Positions 10,701 to 17,334 of a stretch of 64,000 bases of DNA are shown piece by piece (within the stretch, counting starts at the first letter, position 1; each line of letters starts with the position of its first letter). The stretch covers positions 16,931 through 80,930 of the forward strand of contig CAOJZZ010000001.1 in the NCBI GenBank assembly GCA_948466315.1, given 5' to 3'. Source of the stretch: an uncultured Mycoplasmatota bacterium. GTDB lineage: Bacteria; Bacillota_I; Bacilli_A; RF39; UBA660. Position numbers and translations under genes: made by a program. The notes below the pieces were generated by a model. That model was not told where the DNA came from, ran no database searches, and saw nothing but the letters and a program-made list of their open reading frames with translations.

Positions 10701-10767
10701 CTGGTATAACAGAAAAAAGCAGCAAAAAAACAATAAACATTATGGTTATGTTAATAATTTTTTTCAT
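7732..10767 (-). CDS. large membrane-anchored surface protein with signal peptide, a cohesin-like N-domain, two TM helices and a dockerin-like Ca-binding repeat pair
   Basis: Signal peptide MKKIINITIMFIVFLLLFSVIPVLA. TM helices at ~aa 205-225 and 240-262. Dockerin-type loops: NDDGVIDYLDVDSL and DINNDKSITITDLSRL. The C-terminal ~700 aa is repetitive and beta-rich. Confidence 0.55.
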   Translation of the reverse strand: MKKIINITIMFIVFLLLFSVIPVLAKSKLDFAASINQEKIKSGQTLVVTLKLEQYVEDGLGINAYKARLDYNKNIFEELSEKDFLCQNYWGNLQYNKITGEFVSIRKDGNEKIEDLLVISFKVRNDVDIGTTEIKLKDIVASDGRKDLFIDDKIVKVDVINDSGKLDDSKVEHLNSNFTTKDTIKSSYINENFKVVSNFQEKSKFNEIILVVVFLLVIIIYAIIRRFSSDYYYDDDYSNKKIFAFIVALLVFLQGLIVCSSLYYKFMQKGELNDDGVIDYLDVDSLEYHLTQIKSLDDKALENADINNDKSITITDLSRLNKKIDGDLVNEVNLSTIKQVEEETFNKDEDIDLSFIAGVRNDFNIVEVVIDGVKYKVDKVFDSNSQYSVRVNTGDSSGIKKYHFTEVLFDNGNRVDVDYTRKIKVLKDVPRIDNYITQEYVDEKKINLSFNLIDDDNSISSSIIRVDDDVGNIIDSKSIKKGKNSIFIPVEAGKLYNVKFILKYDLDMDKSGTSEISHKNVVETTKKLQLVEDYQFKIDNIVITNGVDTTNIFEKGQSPKIVFSSVNNSLCFVEKVIVNGKYYDVIKDGDIYSAVILQFNKLGKQDIYIEGVVLDNGKRIIFDEEKKLDIDVVKRKASILNFSVEENIELYRLLVKAELNDKDNSIYKVKLVLLDDKGMVIDSKDINTKDFNNNKIEENFDTNISSKYIVKIIGFSSQVNNNETVLFEKEVEAKTHVDILNVFGDSLNHELNDYIALNFNIIHNKNVSISKICINDIFYEVFFDDEFLYKVVIPIENNNTYQLIVTKILFSDGSLANVNKFINIEYSNGIYSVSNSQFNNSYNIQNMSNLIDSYSNYELKDVLDIVIISNLGFIKNQGIIKLRDKLKKINLLLGNSLIDKYNVDNNILLENLSILSKCITKMLFPSRAGPKYNKSMVEYFGLEELCSIFIKDNYLDKDLYIRNIDDISYYNVPISMGFYPNYINNMSHIFNNLINRLIDTDTEFLDIIDSV

Positions 10768-10900
10768 ACCATTCTCCCCCCAAATTAGCTATTGCCTAAT
10801 ATACTAATATAAAATCAACTAACTTGCAAACATTTTTTCTCTAAATAAAGAAAATATCAATAAAAACTACTATAATTAAACAAGTTTCCTCTACTTTAAC

Positions 10901-12214
10901 TTATTTTTTACTTTCAGCACTATTAACATTTCTATCAGAAAAACGTCTTACAAAACTTTTTACCTCTTCATCAAAACCACTATAACAAATACTACTATCT
11001 AAAATATCAAAATTACTATCTAACATAATATTTTTATTAGGTAATACATCTAACTCTAAGATTTTCTCAATTTTCAATCTTTGTCTATAAAAACCATATA
11101 TTTGTTCAACTTTATCTAAAGTTGTAAATTCTTTTATTACATTAGTCATATCAGCTATTATATTACTTAAATTTTCTGAACCTATAACTTTATAATAATT
11201 TTTTAAATTATCATTTCGAGAATCACACAACTTTGTATATACTATATAGTACTCATCCTCTGCCAAATTACTCTTCAAAAAAGATAGCAAAGTTCGCAAT
11301 TTAGGCTCAATTACAACAAGCATTCTATCATCTACAACTTTATTTATAGGATTTACTACACCATTTCTTTGTATTACTTCAAAAATAGGTTTAAGTTTCT
11401 TTAACGCTTTTGACTCAAGTTGATTAATTCTAACCCGCGTTAACTCTAAATCCTTACCAACCTCTTCCTGTGTCTTAGCAGGACTTTTTATTATTCTATT
11501 ATAAATAATATAATAATCTCTTACACTCAAAACATTATATAAAGTCCTTAAAAGAATTAATTCATCATATTCTCTTTCAACGTCTAAATAAACATTTTCT
11601 CCATATGAAACAGTATCAATTAATTCCTCGTCTAGATTATCAGGTAATTTTTGATTTAATGATAATGTATCAAAAGAACTTTCCCTTTCTATATACTCTA
11701 AAAAACTATCACTAATTTTTAAGTGCTTAATTAATTGATTCCTTGTAGGATATACACCATTATCTCTAAAATATTCTTGAACATATCTCGAATATTTTCT
11801 CCTCTGACTATTAAAACGCACTGACAATTTCATATTTTTATCAATTTTATCAATATTTCTTTGTAATGATTTTTCCATTGCATAACCTAAATATGTAGAT
11901 AATTTAACTCCTTTATTTATATCAAACAATCTAACTGCATTCATTAAAATTAAATTATTCTCTTGAATTAAATCTAAAAAATCAAGATTACTACAATTAT
12001 TAATAAAGCTACCTGCTTTAAAAAAAGCTAAGCCTAAATTATGTATTACTAATCTTTGAAATGAAGTTAAATCACCATCTATTTTATACCTTTTTAATAG
12101 CTCTTCTGTCTCCTCACCTGTTAATAAAGGATAATTCTTCATATCATCAATATATATATCAATTATTTCTAAACTTCTACTCTTATACATATACTTTCCC
12201 CTCTTTTTCGTCAT
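10901..12214 (-). CDS. sigma-70 family RNA polymerase sigma factor with a ~150 aa C-terminal extension
   Basis: Region 2-like LTSFQRLVIHNLGLAFFKA and FDINKGVKLSTYLGYAMEKSL. Region 4 HTH TQEEVGKDLELTRVRINQLESKALKKLK. Confidence 0.65.
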   Translation of the reverse strand: MTKKRGKYMYKSRSLEIIDIYIDDMKNYPLLTGEETEELLKRYKIDGDLTSFQRLVIHNLGLAFFKAGSFINNCSNLDFLDLIQENNLILMNAVRLFDINKGVKLSTYLGYAMEKSLQRNIDKIDKNMKLSVRFNSQRRKYSRYVQEYFRDNGVYPTRNQLIKHLKISDSFLEYIERESSFDTLSLNQKLPDNLDEELIDTVSYGENVYLDVEREYDELILLRTLYNVLSVRDYYIIYNRIIKSPAKTQEEVGKDLELTRVRINQLESKALKKLKPIFEVIQRNGVVNPINKVVDDRMLVVIEPKLRTLLSFLKSNLAEDEYYIVYTKLCDSRNDNLKNYYKVIGSENLSNIIADMTNVIKEFTTLDKVEQIYGFYRQRLKIEKILELDVLPNKNIMLDSNFDILDSSICYSGFDEEVKSFVRRFSDRNVNSAESKK

Positions 12215-12346
12215 ATTATATCATATTAACTAAAAAGAAAAAAGAAAAAGCTTAAAAAGTTATTAAATATTTGACACTTACACAAAAATAGTAGAAAATT
12301 ATAGACAAAACAAAAAAAGAATCACTAAATGAATTCCTTCTTTTTA

Positions 12347-12808
12347 CTACCCACAAAGTAATTTACAATATTTGGAAAATAACTTATAAGTATCAGGATT
12401 TTTACTAATAAATTCAATATTAGAAAAATCATAGTTAACTGCATTTTTTGATATTTCTTCTAATATACTTTGATCTTTAGTATATATCTCAACAAAAACA
12501 TTATCAACTATAAATATGATAAGTTGGCAAGAACTTTTTAAAAATTGATTATAATTCTCAATATCATCTATATCCTTATTTTTGTAATGCATCTGTAAAT
12601 TTAAAAAGATTGGATAGTGTTCTTTTTGAATAATCTTTCGAAACTCATCGTTATTATAATTAGTTTTCTCAAAAAAAGCTTTTCCTTGTTCTCCCAAAAC
12701 TTCCTCATTCTCTATTTTCCACATATATTGTGAACAATCTATATCATGAAGTATTTTAGCCAAAATTTTACTATATTCATTTTTTATTATAAACTTTATC
12801 CCTATCAT
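12347..12808 (-). CDS. hypothetical protein (element cargo)
   Basis: 153-aa ORF with no recognisable motif. Confidence 0.4.
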   Translation of the reverse strand: MIGIKFIIKNEYSKILAKILHDIDCSQYMWKIENEEVLGEQGKAFFEKTNYNNDEFRKIIQKEHYPIFLNLQMHYKNKDIDDIENYNQFLKSSCQLIIFIVDNVFVEIYTKDQSILEEISKNAVNYDFSNIEFISKNPDTYKLFSKYCKLLCG

Positions 12809-13007
12809 AAAACCTCCTCAGATGTTAAAAATTAAATCATTAATTTCTACACAGTTCTTATGTTATGTAATGTTGATCAAAATTAATATTAAATTTAGTT
12901 ACTTAAGCATACGTCAGCCCCCTGTTTAGGAGAGCAATTTTTTTTAAAATTTTGGCGTTTTTTGTCATTTTAGAGATTTTTTTATAATTTTCTATTTTTC
13001 ATTTTCT

Positions 13008-13316
13008 TTATTTTATAAAGGTTTCAGAGTGGTTACTTAATCGAACGTCAGCGTCAATATGCAAAATCTTACCAGGTAAATAAAAATACTGACTTCTATC
13101 TATCTTTATATCTTTAACATTACGTTCAATTACCTTTTTATCATAATCAGTATCACCTCTACCAGCCTTAACTAAATCATCTACCTCACAATCAGCATAA
13201 AGTCTTAAATCTACACCTTTCAAAATAGCAACATTACCTTCAAAATCTATAATTTTAAATAAAATATCATGCTGATGAGATATTCGTGTAACAAAATCTC
13301 CAATTCTAAAATCCAC
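13008..13316 (-). CDS. yabG: yabG 5' segment. ~90 N-terminal YabG codons are fused to 12 element-encoded codons (VRLSNHSETFIK*).
   Basis: MDFRIGDFVTRISHQHDILFKII...LRLYADCEVDDLV...YLPGKILHIDAD matches the YabG N-terminus (QIGDMVARKSYQMDVLFRII...HMPGKVLHLDGD). It is directly downstream of ksgA as in Bacillus. Confidence 0.8.
   Translation of the reverse strand: MDFRIGDFVTRISHQHDILFKIIDFEGNVAILKGVDLRLYADCEVDDLVKAGRGDTDYDKKVIERNVKDIKIDRSQYFYLPGKILHIDADVRLSNHSETFIK
13047..13050. other. Predicted recombination core (GTCA) at the right junction of the intervening element
   Basis: acGTCAgCgtc here compared with cgGTCAcCatc at 3456..3466. Confidence 0.5.
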
Positions 13317-13535
13317 TCATATCATCTCCACTTAACTTTATGCCAAAAAATTAGAAATAACACATATTTATAGTAATAAAACAACTATAACCAACATATT
13401 AACAATTATTATTGAGACAACAATGTCAAAAATTATAAACTAAATTATTCTATTTTATTTACAAAAAGAAATCATTAACTCTTCATAAAATACAGACAAC
13501 AACTTATAATTATTTTTATCCAATACTCTACTTTA

Positions 13536-14363
13536 CTATTTTTCTAACAATGCATTAGCAAGAACTACAAAAATTTCTACATCTATTTCTTCTGCTCTAA
13601 CATTTAAATCAAATCCATAATCGTTTAATACCTTACTAACTATATCTAAATTATAATTTTTTAAATTATTACGTATTGTTTTTCTCTTATATTGAAAACT
13701 ATCTCTAACCAATTTTTCAAAAAAAGAAACATCCCTAGCAACAACCAAATTATTTCTAGGAACAAAAGAAAGAACAACACTATCAACATTTGGTACAGGA
13801 ATAAATTGACTTCTAGAAACAGACATTTCTTTTTTTATATTAAAAAAATATTGCAACAATACACTAATAGAACCATACTCCTTACAACCACACTTTGTAG
13901 CAAATCTCTCCCCCACTTCTTTTTGCACCATTACTACTATTTTCGTAAAAGAAAGACCACTATTTATAAGCTTCAAAATAATAGGCGTTGTAATATAATA
14001 AGGAACATTGCTTACAAAATACAAATAATCATATGAAAACAACGATATATCACTAATAATATCAGACTGTAAAAAATCTTGAAATAAAACTGAAACATTC
14101 TTACAATCTTCCAATCTCTTTTCTAATTCACTCTGTAACTCATTATCAATTTCATAAGCCAAAACATTATCAGAAACACTAGCTAATTCTCTAGTCATTA
14201 TTGCACCACCTGGTCCTACCTCAATTACTAATGATTTAGAATTAATATCAGCAATTCTTACAATCTTTTTTACTATATTTACATCTTTTAAAAAATTTTG
14301 ACCATATCTTTTCTTAAATTTAACATCATAACTTTCCATAATAATAATTAATACACTCCTCAT
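13536..14363 (-). CDS. rsmA: 16S rRNA (adenine1518/1519-N6)-dimethyltransferase RsmA/KsgA
   Basis: GQNFL motif and SAM-binding VIEVGPGGAIMTREL. Confidence 0.9.
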   Translation of the reverse strand: MRSVLIIIMESYDVKFKKRYGQNFLKDVNIVKKIVRIADINSKSLVIEVGPGGAIMTRELASVSDNVLAYEIDNELQSELEKRLEDCKNVSVLFQDFLQSDIISDISLFSYDYLYFVSNVPYYITTPIILKLINSGLSFTKIVVMVQKEVGERFATKCGCKEYGSISVLLQYFFNIKKEMSVSRSQFIPVPNVDSVVLSFVPRNNLVVARDVSFFEKLVRDSFQYKRKTIRNNLKNYNLDIVSKVLNDYGFDLNVRAEEIDVEIFVVLANALLEK

Positions 14364-14447
14364 CCTTATTTTATAAAAACTTAAAGCAAATTCATTTTAA
14401 TATCACTACATAAAATATACTATAAAAATTAAAAAAGAAAAAGGAAT

Positions 14448-15080
14448 TTAAATAATTTCTAACTCCTCTTTCTGACTTGATATCATGACTCTTCCAATAT
14501 TACAAACAACAGCTATTAAAATAGGAATTATTATTGAAAAAACAAATCCAAAAGGTGTAGACAAAAATTTTTGAATATATCCAAGTTTTGGAATTTTAAA
14601 AATAACTTTCCCATAAACATCATTCCCCTTTACCAAAGCTGAATCTTCTAAATAATTATTATCTCCTTTAGTCCTATAAACATAGTCCCCTGTTTGTGAA
14701 ATTTGCTTACCAACTATTCTATGAGTAACAGTTAATCCTGTATAATTAGGATCACTAGAAGAAAAAGTTATAATATCACCTATTTCCAAATTATTATCTT
14801 TTACCCTCTTTACAACAATAGCATCATTAATCTTTATTGTAGGTACCATACTTGGAGAAACAATTACATATGCCCCAAAAAGAGGAAGCTTATTATTACC
14901 TACCTTAGTATTATATAATAAATCACCAAAATAACACACGAAAAAAATTAAAAGTAGAAAAAAGAATACAAATACCGCAATCAAAAAGGCCTTAACAGCA
15001 AAATGACCAAGATACTTTATTTTTTCATATGACGTCATAAATTCAGGGTTATCTTTATTCTTAACTGCCTGTACAACCAT
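14448..15080 (-). CDS. sipW: SipW-type (ER/archaeal-type) signal peptidase I with a C-terminal membrane anchor
   Basis: VSPSMVPT (catalytic Ser), ITFSS, THRIVGK (His), YRTKGDNN and a C-terminal TM helix. It resembles B. subtilis SipW rather than P-type SipS. Confidence 0.75.
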   Translation of the reverse strand: MVVQAVKNKDNPEFMTSYEKIKYLGHFAVKAFLIAVFVFFFLLLIFFVCYFGDLLYNTKVGNNKLPLFGAYVIVSPSMVPTIKINDAIVVKRVKDNNLEIGDIITFSSSDPNYTGLTVTHRIVGKQISQTGDYVYRTKGDNNYLEDSALVKGNDVYGKVIFKIPKLGYIQKFLSTPFGFVFSIIIPILIAVVCNIGRVMISSQKEELEII

Positions 15081-15195
15081 ACTCTCACCTACCTCTATTC
15101 TTCCTTTATTATAATACGTTCACACAAAAAAAACTAGAATTTAACAAATAAAAAAATAACTTGACATGAAATTTAAAAAACAAAAAATGATAAAG

Positions 15196-15801
15196 CTACT
15201 TTGCCATACCATTAACAACAACATGAACTGAATAATTCTGAGTTACTCCTTCAGGAATAAGAGCAGTATCTGCAATCCACATTCTCAAACGATAATTTTC
15301 TATTTTACTCTTCTTATTCTCCACCTCAGCTATCAGCATAGAACCTTTTGGAGAACCGATTTTACTCTTTTTAGTTAATGACTTAAAACTAGTTGGTCCA
15401 AAACATTCTACATAAGTACCATTAACCTGTTTCTCTAAATAAACTTTTATATTATCGTCCATTGCTGTAGAATTTGCTCTATCTTTAATCAATGCTATTT
15501 CATATTTTGTCTTAGCCCCATGCAAAACATCAGTTTTAATAGTAAAATCAAAATACTTATCAGCACCATTTTGAGTCATACCTAAAGAATCTGTAGTAGG
15601 AACTGCATTAATAATTGACAATTCATTTGTATCATCAGTATAAGTCATAGAAACATCCCCACCATCAATTTCTCTCATTCTAATCTCTTTTGGACTACTA
15701 AAAAAGAATACAAATGAAATAATTAATATTAAAAAACAAAATGAACTAATTCCTATTATTCCAAATAAAACTTGCTTTGATATTATTTTTTTATTATCCA
15801 T
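15196..15801 (-). CDS. N-terminally anchored or secreted protein, a paralogue of the next gene and a putative SipW substrate (TasA/camelysin-like operon context)
   Basis: N-terminal TM/signal segment. The C-terminal motif YRLRMWIADTALIPEG is shared with its paralogue. It lies directly upstream of sipW. Confidence 0.4.
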   Translation of the reverse strand: MDNKKIISKQVLFGIIGISSFCFLILIISFVFFFSSPKEIRMREIDGGDVSMTYTDDTNELSIINAVPTTDSLGMTQNGADKYFDFTIKTDVLHGAKTKYEIALIKDRANSTAMDDNIKVYLEKQVNGTYVECFGPTSFKSLTKKSKIGSPKGSMLIAEVENKKSKIENYRLRMWIADTALIPEGVTQNYSVHVVVNGMAK

Positions 15802-15809
15802 ACAACCTC

Positions 15810-16385
15810 CTATTTAATTTTAGCCTTTAATACTATCCCAAACTTTTTAATCTCATCAGTAATAACATATGAATCAGCAACCCACATTCTCAATTTAAGA
15901 GTAATCTTTTCTCTACCCTTCAACGAACCAGTATAAAGTCTAGCTCCAGCAGGATCACTATCAGCAACTTTCAAACTAGCATATGTAGGTACCGCATTTT
16001 TATCATATCCCTCCATAGCAACATCAAAATCATCAGACAAATAAATTTTTATATAATTAGCATCAATCAATCCTTCGCCTAAATCTTTTAGTAAATAAAG
16101 TTCATAATCTAATTTCGCTGAAGAATTAGATTGTAGTGTACACTCCAAATAACCCTGAATATCTCTATGCTCATCATTTAACTCAATTCTTCTTCCAACA
16201 TTATCAGTTAATGGTAATTTATTCGTAATGGAAACTCTTCCCTGATCTGTACAATATAAACTAATACTATCATTATCAACTTTAGGACTTCCATTAAAAA
16301 AATGACTCTTAAAAAAAAACAAAGCTCCTAAAAAAACAATTCCCATAAATAATAAAATAAAAAATCTCTTTAAATAATTACTCAT
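15810..16385 (-). CDS. N-terminally anchored or secreted protein, paralogue of 15196..15801. The likely start is the internal ATG at 16383-16385 preceded by GGGGTGG.
   Basis: Shares LKLRMWVADSYVITDE and overall architecture with its neighbour. The ORF track extends it to 16493. Confidence 0.4.
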   Translation of the reverse strand: MSNYLKRFFILLFMGIVFLGALFFFKSHFFNGSPKVDNDSISLYCTDQGRVSITNKLPLTDNVGRRIELNDEHRDIQGYLECTLQSNSSAKLDYELYLLKDLGEGLIDANYIKIYLSDDFDVAMEGYDKNAVPTYASLKVADSDPAGARLYTGSLKGREKITLKLRMWVADSYVITDEIKKFGIVLKAKIK

Positions 16386-16496
16386 GCTTACCACCCCAAT
16401 AAAGACACCGACAAAGAAAATTTGATACCCCCACAAAGTATCATTATTACTACCAAAAAAAGATACCCTACTATCACATAAAGAGTACCACAAAAA

Positions 16497-17252
16497 CTAA
16501 TCTAAGTCAAACACTTTACTAGCATTATCATTTGTATATCTTTCCACATCATCAATTGCAACATCACAAATATCAGCAACCCTTTGAGCAATTATAGGAA
16601 TATATTTAGAACTATTTTTACAACCACGATATGGATCAGGTGTCAAATAAGGACTATCAGTCTCCAACACAATAGCTGATAATCCAACATCTTTAACAAC
16701 CTCAAATAAACGACTATTTTTAAATGTAACAACTCCACCTATTCCTAACAAAAAACCCATTTTAAGATATCTTCTAGCAACCTCAATACTACCACTAAAA
16801 CAATGAATAACTCCAGAAATATCATATTTTTCTAATATACTTATTGTATCTTCTGTTGCATCCCTACTATGAATAACAACAGGTAAATGTAATTTCTCAG
16901 CTAGCTTCAATTGTTTTTCAAAAAGTAATATTTGTAAATCTCTTGTTTCCCTACCATAATGATAATCCAAACCAATCTCCCCAATACCAACTACCTTAGA
17001 ATTATTACAAAGTTGTTTTTCCAACTGTTGCAATAAAAAATCAGTAACAACCATCACCTCAGATGGATGATAACCTAACGTTAAATAAACATCTTCATAC
17101 TTTTCAGAAAATTTAATAGATTCTATAATACTATCCTCTGTACATCCAGAAACAATAATCTTACCAATACCATTTTTTCTATTTTCTAAAATAACACTAT
17201 CAATATCTTCATAATCAGTATTAGACAAATGACAATGTGTATCTATATACAT
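16497..17252 (-). CDS. tatD: TatD-family metal-dependent DNase/hydrolase (YabD)
   Basis: MYIDTHCHL, and adjacent to metS as in Bacillus yabD. Confidence 0.85.
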   Translation of the reverse strand: MYIDTHCHLSNTDYEDIDSVILENRKNGIGKIIVSGCTEDSIIESIKFSEKYEDVYLTLGYHPSEVMVVTDFLLQQLEKQLCNNSKVVGIGEIGLDYHYGRETRDLQILLFEKQLKLAEKLHLPVVIHSRDATEDTISILEKYDISGVIHCFSGSIEVARRYLKMGFLLGIGGVVTFKNSRLFEVVKDVGLSAIVLETDSPYLTPDPYRGCKNSSKYIPIIAQRVADICDVAIDDVERYTNDNASKVFDLD

Positions 17253-17334
17253 AAAAAAACCTCCTAAATATTTTATTTTCTGTATTAACTATACCCAAAC
17301 AAATATCAAAAGAAAAGATAAAATTTCAAAATAC

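Larger units (their letters stand above)
3462..13050 (-). mobile_element. ~9.6 kb sporulation-gene intervening element (skin-like) interrupting yabG. It carries two large serine recombinases and cargo genes.
   Basis: It is bounded by the two yabG halves. The GTCA core is present at both ends. Recombinase genes lie at one edge. All cargo is co-oriented with yabG. Confidence 0.75.

Noticed and set aside
12061-12255. 64-aa plus-strand ORF overlapping the end of the sigma-factor gene.
   Set aside because: It overlaps the 5' end of the better-supported minus-strand sigma-factor CDS and has a low-complexity composition, so it is likely spurious.
2945-13316. yabG disrupted by an ordinary insertion and decaying as a pseudogene.
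   Set aside because: Both segments keep long intact reading frames with conserved motifs. The junctions share a core and rejoin precisely in frame. The insert carries dedicated serine recombinases. These features fit a regulated intervening element and do not fit random disruption.
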